Of a DNA stretch of 13,297 bases, positions 6,612-13,297 are shown piece after piece. The stretch covers positions 1-13,297 of the forward strand of contig CAXTKV010000153.1 of assembly GCA_964244895.1 (NCBI GenBank), read 5' to 3'. The translations under genes and the position numbers were made by a program. Each line of letters starts with the position of its first letter. Positions within the stretch are counted from its first letter, which is position 1. Under the pieces are notes generated by a model. That model had not been told where the DNA came from. It made no database searches and was given only the letters and a program-made list of their open reading frames with translations. This DNA is from an uncultured Deinococcales bacterium (lineage in GTDB: Bacteria > Deinococcota > Deinococci > Deinococcales > JAAFIG01).

Positions 6612-6980
6612 ATGTCACGTTTCAGAGTGCGTCTATTGATTTTTGTTCTTCTCGTATCGATCCCCAGCCCCGCCGTGGGCTGGGATTATGTTCCCTACAA
6701 GGGGAACAATCTCGGTTATCTGAGCGGTGGAACGCTCGGTACGCTCCACAACCAGCATCCCAACGAAACAAACAATATTTTTTCTCTGGATGGCTCGGGG
6801 GATGAAGAGCTGTACTTCGATGATGATGAAAATCACTCGTTCGGAGGGGTGCTCGTGAAAGTTCAAAACGTGAACGGAGGGTGCACCTGGTACGAATATC
6901 AGGGCGCGGCGAAATTCGGGGAAGAATACGTCCTCGGCTCGCCCCTCAGTGTTCACGATGGAGATTGCGACAAGCCGTAA
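6612..6980 (+). CDS. Low-GC hypothetical secreted protein, 122 aa
   Basis: SD AGGAG at 6599-6603; ATG 6612; signal peptide MSRFRVRLLIFVLLVSIPSPAVG; two Cys; about 51% GC over 6601-6960 by hand count. Confidence 0.7.
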   Translation: MSRFRVRLLIFVLLVSIPSPAVGWDYVPYKGNNLGYLSGGTLGTLHNQHPNETNNIFSLDGSGDEELYFDDDENHSFGGVLVKVQNVNGGCTWYEYQGAAKFGEEYVLGSPLSVHDGDCDKP

Positions 6981-7019
6981 GGTCAATTCAGTAACCCAAT
7001 CGGTTTTGATTTGACCCGC

Positions 7020-7059
7020 CCAACCTGAAATGCGTTTTGCGTTTCAGGTTGGTTCATTT
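7020..7059 (+). terminator. Hairpin / probable intrinsic terminator after the low-GC gene
   Basis: CCAACCTGAAATGC, GTTTT, GCGTTTCAGGTTGG (14 bp, one G-U pair), then TTCATTT. Confidence 0.55.
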
Positions 7060-7088
7060 CTGGGCATGACCTCGAGAGCGACCACGCC

Positions 7089-7147
7089 GAGAACACCGTC
7101 CCACACACAAATTCCTAATTTCGAGAATTCGCGTGCTGGACGGTGTT
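7089..7147. repeat. Palindromic repeat copy C (22-nt spacer)
   Basis: GAGAACACCGTCCCACACAC, AAATTCCTAATTTCGAGAATTC, GCGTGCTGGACGGTGTT; CTCGAG at 7071 and 7167. Confidence 0.85.
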
Positions 7148-7229
7148 GTTATTTCACGACCCGAATCTCGAGCCTCGTCGCACGCATCAAGTTCACCGGA
7201 TCATCACAGGCGCGTAGAATCCTCTGACC

Positions 7230-8615
7230 ATGACCAAACTGAACATCACGTCCTATGGCGCTGCGCGCACCGTGACCGGCTCGAACCACCTCCTGGAGAT
7301 CGGCGGCATGAAATTGATGCTCGACTGCGGGCTCTTTCAGGGCGGGCGCGCGCTCGAGGCGCTGAACCCCAGACCGTTCGCGTTCGATGTGACCAGCCTG
7401 GATGCAATGTTCCTCTCGCACGCGCACCTGGATCACGCGGGTCGCGTCCCGAAGCTCGTCAAGGACGGCTACAAGGGCAGAATCTACGCGACCCAGGCCA
7501 CCCGCGAGTTGGTCGAGTACCTGCTGCTGGACGGCGCAAAATTGCAGGCCGAAGATTACCAGCGCAACCTGCGCAAGGGCCGCGAGGCCACGCCGCCCCT
7601 CTACGACGAGCAGGATGTGCAGACCGCCCTGCAACGTTTCGAGGTGATCGAGTACGGCAAGCCGTTGACGCTCGGTGGCGTCACGGCCACCGCGCTGGTC
7701 GCGGGTCACATACCAGGTTCGGCCTCGTTGATGTTCACCGCCGATGGCGAGCGCTTCGTGTTCAGCGGCGACATCGGCAACATCCGCAAGGATGTCATGC
7801 CGGACGCCCCGGATTGCCCGGACGCGGACGCCATCTTGATCGAATCCACCTACGGTGACCGCGACCACAAGCCCTTCCCAGAGACCATGGCGGAATTCAA
7901 GGGCTTGCTGCACGAGGCCGCCGATCGCGGCGGGAAAATACTGATCCCATCCTTCGCGCTGGAACGCACGCAGGACATCCTCTATCACATCGCGCGGATG
8001 GAGGAAACCAAAGAAATTCCGGTGCTGCCCGTGTTCGTGGATTCGCCGCTGGCCGCGAAAATAGAGACCGTCTACGCGGATTGCCGCGACGAATTCTCGG
8101 ATGACGTGGAGCGCGTTTACGCGGCGGGAAAAGACCCGTTCGCGCCCGCGAAGCTGACCTACACCAAAACCGTGGACGAATCCAAAGCCCTGAACGCCTT
8201 TTCGGGCGCGTGCGTGATCATCGCGGGTGCGGGCATGATGAACGGCGGGCGCATCCTGCACCACCTGATCAACAACCTGCCAGACCCGAAAACCACCGTC
8301 GTGATCGTCGGATTCCAGCCCGAGGGCGGCTTCGGGCGGTTGCTGGTGGACGGCCAGCCGAGCGTCAAGATCATGGGTCAGCAGGTGCGCGTGCGCGCAA
8401 AAGTTGCGACCGTCAACGGGTTTTCAGCGCACGCGGATCGCACGGAGTTGCTGGAATGGTCCAAGAACGTCAGGGGTGAAATCCGGCTGGTTCACGGCGA
8501 GGTCGCCTCGATGGAGTCCTTGCAGGCGGCGCTGGTGGCCAGGGGTCAGCGCGCGATGATTCAGGAACCCACGGGCTACGATCCGAAGGGCGGCTTCAAG
8601 ACCGAAGGCGAGTGA
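7230..8615 (+). CDS. MBL-fold beta-CASP ribonuclease (CPSF73/YSH1-like, TTHA0252-type), 461 aa
   Basis: GAARTVTGS, LDCGLFQG, SHAHLDHAG, GHIPGS, FSGDIG, IESTYG, PSFALERTQ, GMMNGGR, FSAHAD, VHGE; TAGAAT at 7215-7220. Confidence 0.96.
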   Translation: MTKLNITSYGAARTVTGSNHLLEIGGMKLMLDCGLFQGGRALEALNPRPFAFDVTSLDAMFLSHAHLDHAGRVPKLVKDGYKGRIYATQATRELVEYLLLDGAKLQAEDYQRNLRKGREATPPLYDEQDVQTALQRFEVIEYGKPLTLGGVTATALVAGHIPGSASLMFTADGERFVFSGDIGNIRKDVMPDAPDCPDADAILIESTYGDRDHKPFPETMAEFKGLLHEAADRGGKILIPSFALERTQDILYHIARMEETKEIPVLPVFVDSPLAAKIETVYADCRDEFSDDVERVYAAGKDPFAPAKLTYTKTVDESKALNAFSGACVIIAGAGMMNGGRILHHLINNLPDPKTTVVIVGFQPEGGFGRLLVDGQPSVKIMGQQVRVRAKVATVNGFSAHADRTELLEWSKNVRGEIRLVHGEVASMESLQAALVARGQRAMIQEPTGYDPKGGFKTEGE

Positions 8616-8621
8616 GGGTAT

Positions 8622-8674
8622 CTCGAGTACGCCGTCCAGCACGCACACTTGATAACGCGTGCAGGACGGTGTTC
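8622..8674. repeat. Palindromic repeat copy D (12-nt spacer) between convergent genes
   Basis: CTCGAGTACGCCGTCCAGCACGC, ACACTTGATAAC, GCGTGCAGGACGGTGTTC; second CTCGAG at 8695. Confidence 0.9.
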
Positions 8675-8782
8675 AACACGCCGAGAAGCGCAAACTCGAG
8701 CCGATCCTCAACATGATTGCGCGACCGCTCGGCGCGAGCACTGCGCGAACCGCCGGATGATCGGTCGATCTGAGCACCGAAG

Positions 8783-9355
8783 CTATTGAAGCTTCTCGGG
8801 CGCACCGTAACGCTCGAGCCAGGCGTTTAAAATGCCCCTCAGATTTGAATAACCGTTCGCACCGATCGCGTAGGCATCCAGATCTTCCGGTATGCGCGTC
8901 CGGTAAAACACGGGTGGCAGAGGCTTGGCGCCTTTAAGACCGACCCACGTCCTTGAAGAAGTTCGTCCGACCTGCAACGTAAAACCCTCGATCCGGTTCC
9001 AGGCCCAGAATGTCTTCTGGCCGAAATCCACGACTTCCAGACCATATTCATTGAGGTGCAGGTGATTCTGGCGCTTGGAGAATCCCGAGGCGATCCTGAA
9101 CGCACCGAAGTACGCGAACACCGACATCATCGCTGCGAAAATCAGGCCAAGCCCCGGCTCGGACGCATTGAAACTCAGGATCATCAACCAGGCGCACATT
9201 CCCGCGATGGCGAGCATGGTCGCGAACAAGAGTGCGCGCGAAATCAGGCTCCACAGACTGAGGTACAACCTGAGTTCGGGAAATCCGGGTGAGCGCTCGA
9301 GGTTCATGCCGAACAATTCGTCGTTGAACCAGCCGAGGATGCCCGTGCGTTTCAC
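8783..9355 (-). CDS. Hypothetical membrane protein, 190 aa: two TM helices plus PH-like C-terminal domain
   Basis: Start reassigned to GTG 9355 (TATACT at 9367-9362, 6 nt upstream); two TM helices then LHLNEYGLEVVDFGQKTFWAWNRIEGF. Confidence 0.75.
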   Translation of the reverse strand: MKRTGILGWFNDELFGMNLERSPGFPELRLYLSLWSLISRALLFATMLAIAGMCAWLMILSFNASEPGLGLIFAAMMSVFAYFGAFRIASGFSKRQNHLHLNEYGLEVVDFGQKTFWAWNRIEGFTLQVGRTSSRTWVGLKGAKPLPPVFYRTRIPEDLDAYAIGANGYSNLRGILNAWLERYGAPEKLQ

Positions 9356-9401
9356 GTGGTCAGTATAGTCGCCGCCGACTCGATCGAGTCGCTCCTGGCT
9401 T

Positions 9402-9453
9402 CTCGAGAACACCGTCCAGCACACGAATTTAAGAATGAGTGCTGGACGGTGTT
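9402..9453. repeat. Palindromic repeat copy E (12-nt spacer) between divergent promoters
   Basis: CTCGAGAACACCGTCCAGCACAC, GAATTTAAGAAT, GAGTGCTGGACGGTGTT; perfect 15 bp 9408-9422/9439-9453; CTCGAG again at 9464 and 9475. Confidence 0.95.
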
Positions 9454-9504
9454 TTACGAATTTCTCGAGTTTCGCTCGAGCACCACAACCCGTACACTCA
9501 GGGC

Positions 9505-10116
9505 GTGAAGATTCCGACCCGAGCGCAGGCCGAAGCCTTCCTGGTGGAAGCCGAACGCATGAATCCGACACCGTGGGCGATGCACGCACGCTACGTGGCG
9601 CTGGCCGCCGAGAACATCGCGCGGGCGACGAAAACGCTCGATCCCGACACCGCCTACATCCTGGGATTGGCGCACGACATCGGCAGGCGCGAGGGTTGGA
9701 CGGACGCGAAACACCTGATCGACGGTTACAGGTTCTTCGCGGCTCGAGGCTTCGATGACGCGGCGCGCGTGTGTCTGACGCACTCGTTCCCGGATCAAAA
9801 TATCGAATCGTACTTCGGCACGTGGGATATCACTGCCGACGAGAAAGCCTTCATCGCGCAATTCATCGCAGACACCGAATACGACGAGTACGATCGGCTG
9901 ATCCAGCTCTGCGACGCGCTGGCGTTGCCATCCGGGTTCTGTTTGCTCGAGAAGCGCCTGGTGGACGTGGCCTTGCGCTACCCACTCGTACCGACCATGC
10001 TCGAGAACTGGCGCGCGAGAATGAATCTGCTGGCGCATTTTGAGGCGCTCGTCGGCGGGTCAATTTACCTGCACTTACCCGGCGCGATTGAAAATACTTT
10101 CGGGTTCACACCGTGA
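9505..10116 (+). CDS. HD-domain metal-dependent phosphohydrolase, 203 aa
   Basis: WAMH...GLAHDIGR...H..DGY...CLTHSF...QLCDALA; start GTG 9505 with TACACT at 9493-9498. Confidence 0.9.
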   Translation: MKIPTRAQAEAFLVEAERMNPTPWAMHARYVALAAENIARATKTLDPDTAYILGLAHDIGRREGWTDAKHLIDGYRFFAARGFDDAARVCLTHSFPDQNIESYFGTWDITADEKAFIAQFIADTEYDEYDRLIQLCDALALPSGFCLLEKRLVDVALRYPLVPTMLENWRARMNLLAHFEALVGGSIYLHLPGAIENTFGFTP

Positions 10117-10134
10117 GCATCTTCTCGAGACGCG

Positions 10135-10153
10135 AGAGAACCGTCCAGAACGC
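10135..10153. repeat. Degenerate half-site of the palindromic repeat family
   Basis: AGAGAACCGTCCAGAACGC, preceded by CTCGAG at 10124. Confidence 0.55.
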
Positions 10154-10176
10154 AAGAACCCGACGAAAGGTGAACC

Positions 10177-10722
10177 ATGTTCGACCCGGAAGTTTTCGCT
10201 GGTCAACTCGAACGCAACGCGCACGTCTTCCGGTTGCTGGTGGCGGGCTTGACCCAGGAGCAGGAACGCTGGAAGCCCGCGCCCGACCAGTGGTCGATCC
10301 TGGAAGTCATCAACCACCTGGCCGACGAGGACGCCGAGGACTTCCGGGCGCGCCTGGACGCGATCCTGCACCGTCCGGGCCAGCCCTGGACTCCGATCGA
10401 CCCGCAGGCCGCGATCACCGCGCGGGCGTACAACGCGCGCACGATGGACGCCTCGCTGGAGCGTTTCGTGACGGAGCGCTACCGCTCGGTGGTGTGGCTG
10501 CGCAGCCTGAAATCGCCCGACTGGACGCTGACGCACACCGACCAGTTCGGCACGATCAGCGCCCGAGCGATGCTCGGGTCGTGGGTCGCGCACGACTGGT
10601 TGCACGTCCGTCAGATCGCGCGATTGCAGCACCACTGGGCCAGCCACCTGATCGCGCCCGAATCCGTTCAGTACGCGGGCGAATGGGCGGAGCGCCCGAG
10701 GCACGGTACCCTCGAGGCATGA
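10177..10722 (+). CDS. DinB/YfiT superfamily protein, 181 aa
   Basis: WKPAPDQWSILEVINHLAD and C-terminal HDWLH (three-His metal triad); SD-like GAAAGGTGA upstream. Confidence 0.9.
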   Translation: MFDPEVFAGQLERNAHVFRLLVAGLTQEQERWKPAPDQWSILEVINHLADEDAEDFRARLDAILHRPGQPWTPIDPQAAITARAYNARTMDASLERFVTERYRSVVWLRSLKSPDWTLTHTDQFGTISARAMLGSWVAHDWLHVRQIARLQHHWASHLIAPESVQYAGEWAERPRHGTLEA

Positions 10723-10753
10723 AAAACCCGAGGACTCAATCTGAGTCCTCGGG
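10722..10753 (-). terminator. Intrinsic terminator between convergent DinB and DUF4397 genes
   Basis: 12-bp stem CCCGAGGACTCA/TGAGTCCTCGGG, 3-nt loop, T5 tail on the minus strand. Confidence 0.85.
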
Positions 10754-10769
10754 CGAAACAGTCTGAAGC

Positions 10770-11474
10770 TTACTTGCCCTTCATCGAGCCCATCTCGAGC
10801 TTGTCCTCGACGACCACGAGGTCGAACGCCATCGCGTCCTTGCCGTCCAGCGTGCCGACCGCGAAGATGCTGTAGGACTTGCCAGCGGCCACCGAGATGC
10901 CCTTGAGGTTCTTGACGACCGGGGTCATCTTGCCGGCGGGGACGATGTTCAGATTCACGCCCATCGGGTTGACCAGCACGCTGACCATCTTGCCGTAGGC
11001 CAGGTTGCTGACGACCTTGGCGTCCTTCATGTCCACGGCTAGCGCGTCCACGTTCGGCGAGCCGGGCGAGAAGTGGTAGACGTTGACCTTGGCGCGGGAC
11101 TTGCTCATGTTCATGCTGGTGGTGGTGAAGACCGACAGCTTGATGTCCTTGACCAGACCCGTGGCGGCCACCGTGTAGTACGTGCCAGCCTTGAGGTCAA
11201 CGTCGGCCTTGAGGACTTCCTTTTTCATGTCGCCATGAACCGTGACCAGCACGGAGTGCTTGCCTGCCGGAACGTCACCGTAGGGCGTGACAGCCTTGAA
11301 CATGGCTCCGTCCACGGTCTGCTTGCCGTCCAGGTACACGTCGACTGCCGGGGCGTCCGGCGAGGCGTGAACGACGCGCACGTAAGCGGGCTTGTCCATC
11401 ATGGTCTGGGCGCTGGCGAGGAATCCGAGGGTCAGGGCCGACATGGCTGCAATTACCGTTGTCCGAATGTTCAT
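10770..11474 (-). CDS. DUF4397 domain exported protein, Met/Lys-rich, 234 aa
   Basis: VRVVHASPDAPAVDVYLDG and second repeat VNVYHFSPGSPNVD; signal peptide ending ASA-Q; SD GGAGG at 11484-11480. Confidence 0.9.
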   Translation of the reverse strand: MNIRTTVIAAMSALTLGFLASAQTMMDKPAYVRVVHASPDAPAVDVYLDGKQTVDGAMFKAVTPYGDVPAGKHSVLVTVHGDMKKEVLKADVDLKAGTYYTVAATGLVKDIKLSVFTTTSMNMSKSRAKVNVYHFSPGSPNVDALAVDMKDAKVVSNLAYGKMVSVLVNPMGVNLNIVPAGKMTPVVKNLKGISVAAGKSYSIFAVGTLDGKDAMAFDLVVVEDKLEMGSMKGK

Positions 11475-11515
11475 ACGTACCTCCGTTGAGATCCTTGCTG
11501 ACCTCTACCTGGACA

Positions 11516-11541
11516 TACGGGATGCATGGGACGCCTGGATG
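11516..11541 (-). promoter_or_regulatory. Putative ECF-sigma promoter CATCC-N17-CGTA
   Basis: Minus strand AACATCC-aggcgtcccatgcatcc-CGTATG about 40 nt upstream of the ATG; resembles SigK/RpoT-type ECF promoters. Confidence 0.45.
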
Positions 11542-11653
11542 TTTGATCTCGAGAACAAACTTGCGGATCGGATTCGGAAACTCGAGTTCGGGTGGGCGCG
11601 AGAGGATGGTGGCTCGAGAACCCTGTAACTCGAGCATGATGTTTGCGAACACG

Positions 11654-11682
11654 AAAAGCCCGAGGCACTCGCAGCCTCGGGC
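11654..11682 (-). terminator. Intrinsic terminator of the cyclophilin pair
   Basis: 9-bp stem GCCCGAGGC/GCCTCGGGC, 7-nt loop, TTTT tail on the minus strand, 16 nt after the stop. Confidence 0.8.
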
Positions 11683-11698
11683 CTGAACGCAACGTGAA

Positions 11699-12271
11699 TT
11701 ACGCCGGTTTCTCGACGATGTACACGCGCTCCATCGCGTCCGGGTTGATCCCGAAGCTCGGGCGGCCCGGATCGATCCGGGTGATCTTGTCCAGCACGTC
11801 CAGACCGTCGATCACCTTGCCGAACACCGTGTGGCGTCCGTCGAGGTGCGGCGTGTCCAGAAAGGTGATGAAAATCTGCGATCCGTTCGTGCCGGGGCCA
11901 GCGTTGGCCATGCTGAAAATACCCTTGCCGCGGTGGCGCAAATCGGAACGGAACTCGTCCTGGAAGGTGTAGCCGGGGCCGCCGCGACCCGTGCCGGTCG
12001 GATCGCCGGTCTGAGCCATGAAGCCTTCCAGCACGCGGTGAAACACGATCCCGTCGTAGTAATGGTGGCGCGCCAGCCAGATGAAATTGTTGACCGTCAC
12101 GGGGGTTTTATCGGCGTACAACTCCGCCACCATGCGGCCTTTGGTGGTCTCGATGACGGCGGCGTAGGCCTTGCCGGGTTCGATGGCGTTGCCGGGCGCG
12201 TCGAACTTGGTGACGCGCTCACTGGAGAGTTCGGGGGTCAACGTGTAACCGGCTGGGATGTAATCGGACAT
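11699..12271 (-). CDS. Cytoplasmic cyclophilin-type peptidyl-prolyl isomerase, 190 aa
   Basis: [69 protein letters not shown]. Confidence 0.97.
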   Translation of the reverse strand: MSDYIPAGYTLTPELSSERVTKFDAPGNAIEPGKAYAAVIETTKGRMVAELYADKTPVTVNNFIWLARHHYYDGIVFHRVLEGFMAQTGDPTGTGRGGPGYTFQDEFRSDLRHRGKGIFSMANAGPGTNGSQIFITFLDTPHLDGRHTVFGKVIDGLDVLDKITRIDPGRPSFGINPDAMERVYIVEKPA

Positions 12272-12313
12272 GGTTTCCTTTCGGCTCGAGCACGCTCGAG
12301 GGGCGAGATACAG

Positions 12314-13108
12314 TTATTTTTTCTTGGAGACGATGTAGACGGACTTCATGCGGGTCGGGTTGGTGGGTGGCTCGCCGCGCGCGACTTTATCGAGCACGTC
12401 CAGACCTTCGGTGATCTTGCCGAACACCGTGTACTGCCCATCCAGGTTGGGCGTAGCGGCCAGCGTGATGTAGAACTGCGAGCCGTTGCTGCACGGGTCC
12501 TGCGTGCGCGCCATGCCGATCACGCCCTTGGCGTTGAACTTGTACTTCTGGCGCACTTCCAGGCAGTATTCGTAGCCCGCGCCGCCCTGACCCCAGCTCG
12601 AGGCCGGGCCGCTGATCGTGTTCGGGTCGCCGCCCTGCACCACGAAGTTATCGATCACGCGGTGAAAGGCGATGCCGTCGTAGTAATGGTTGCGCGCCAG
12701 AAACACGAACGAATTGACCGTGGTCGGCGTGTCCGCCGCGTACAGCTCGATCACCACGCGCCCCACGTCCGTTTCCATCACGGCGGCGTAATCCGTGTTG
12801 TCGTCCAGAGCGTACTTCGGGGCTTCTTTGAAGACGCGCACGGGCTTGTCCGTCAGGAAAGGCACGAGTTTGTACCCGGCTGGAATGTACGGTTTGCCCG
12901 AGGCCATGCTCGAAGCGGACGGGCTCGAAGCGGACGGGCTCGCGGCTGGTGGGCTCGCGGTCGCGCTGGCAGGAGGTTCGGTCGTCGTACCCGAGGCCGC
13001 GGTGCTCGAGGCCGCGGCGGGCGGCGGGCTCGAGGATTGCTGGGTGTTGTCCTTGCACGCGCCGAGCAGAACCGCTGCGGTCAGTGCGAACAGAAAGGTG
13101 TGTTTCAT
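12314..13108 (-). CDS. Lipoprotein cyclophilin-type peptidyl-prolyl isomerase, 264 aa
   Basis: Start ATG 13108 with SD GGAGG; lipobox LLGA-C; Ser/Pro/Ala tether; FHRVIDNFVVQGGDP, GMAR, NGSQFYIT, LDGQYTVFGKI; TAGAAT at 13130-13125. Confidence 0.95.
   Translation of the reverse strand: MKHTFLFALTAAVLLGACKDNTQQSSSPPPAAASSTAASGTTTEPPASATASPPAASPSASSPSASSMASGKPYIPAGYKLVPFLTDKPVRVFKEAPKYALDDNTDYAAVMETDVGRVVIELYAADTPTTVNSFVFLARNHYYDGIAFHRVIDNFVVQGGDPNTISGPASSWGQGGAGYEYCLEVRQKYKFNAKGVIGMARTQDPCSNGSQFYITLAATPNLDGQYTVFGKITEGLDVLDKVARGEPPTNPTRMKSVYIVSKKK
12908..12960. repeat. 15-bp in-frame tandem repeat in the lipoprotein linker
   Basis: GCTCGAAGCGGACGG x2 exact, then degenerate GCTCGCGGCTGGTGG and partial GCTCGCGG; encodes 5-aa units such as PSASS. 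Confidence 0.8.
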
Positions 13109-13187
13109 GGTTCCTCCGGCGCGCATTCTACGGGCTTTAATGAGGACTGACGCGTGGGAAACCCCAAAAAGCACGTCTCGGGCACGG

Positions 13188-13237
13188 GCAATACCGTCCA
13201 GCACGCAAATAAGAACTCGCGTGCTGGACGGTATTGC
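13188..13237. repeat. Palindromic repeat copy F (perfect 19-bp arms, 12-nt spacer)
   Basis: GCAATACCGTCCAGCACGC, AAATAAGAACTC, GCGTGCTGGACGGTATTGC. Confidence 0.95.
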
Positions 13238-13297
13238 TGGTCAGAGGTCAGTAGCAAGGGTCAGAAGCGGACGGCCTTTACCCTTACCCCTGACTAG

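Noticed and set aside
5521..10722. Phosphoesterase, beta-CASP nuclease, HD protein and DinB as a defence or nucleotide-signalling operon
   Set aside because: Separate promoters, intervening genes and host-like composition; all are common stand-alone families and nothing here shows functional linkage.
11831..13150. Long antisense ORFs (11831-13150, 7149-8264, 5329-6138, 2628-3422, 4665-5414, 9454-10038, 10075-10704)
   Set aside because: Each lies opposite a well-supported gene and has no recognisable motif or start signal.
3450..13204. Extended ORF-track starts at 3450, 3539, 5443, 6588, 9439, 9589 and 13204
   Set aside because: Extensions run through promoters, repeats or opposite genes; downstream starts have an SD, a -10 box or the family's N-terminal motif.
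1109..13237. Palindromes as integron attC sites or simple terminators
   Set aside because: No RYYYAAC/GTTRRRY ends, flanking genes are housekeeping in mixed orientation, no integrase is present; no U-tails, and one copy lies between divergent promoters.

Overview
GC-rich (about 63-65%) bacterial chromosomal window, most likely Deinococcota. That call is an inference from the gene set and from many TANNNT boxes placed 6-9 nt before start codons, typical of leaderless mRNAs. There are about 16 genes, mostly housekeeping or envelope: esterase (5'-truncated), exported BCP/PrxQ peroxiredoxin, GDPD, calcineurin-like metallophosphoesterase, MBL/beta-CASP RNase, HD-domain protein, DinB-family protein, DUF4397 protein, two tandem cyclophilins and several hypotheticals, one of them a low-GC orphan. 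The most unusual signals are non-coding. (1) A dispersed palindromic repeat family, roughly GAGAACACCGTCCAGCACGC-N12(AT-rich)-GCGTGCTGGACGGTGTTCTC, occurs in most intergenic gaps with a fixed 12-nt spacer and co-varying arms. (2) The palindrome CTCGAG is strongly over-represented (about 56 by hand count versus about 4-5 expected); it caps or brackets the repeats and overlaps two -10 boxes. (3) There is one canonical GTAG-type REP. No CRISPR array, tRNA, rRNA or transposase gene was seen. All counts and coordinates were made by eye.
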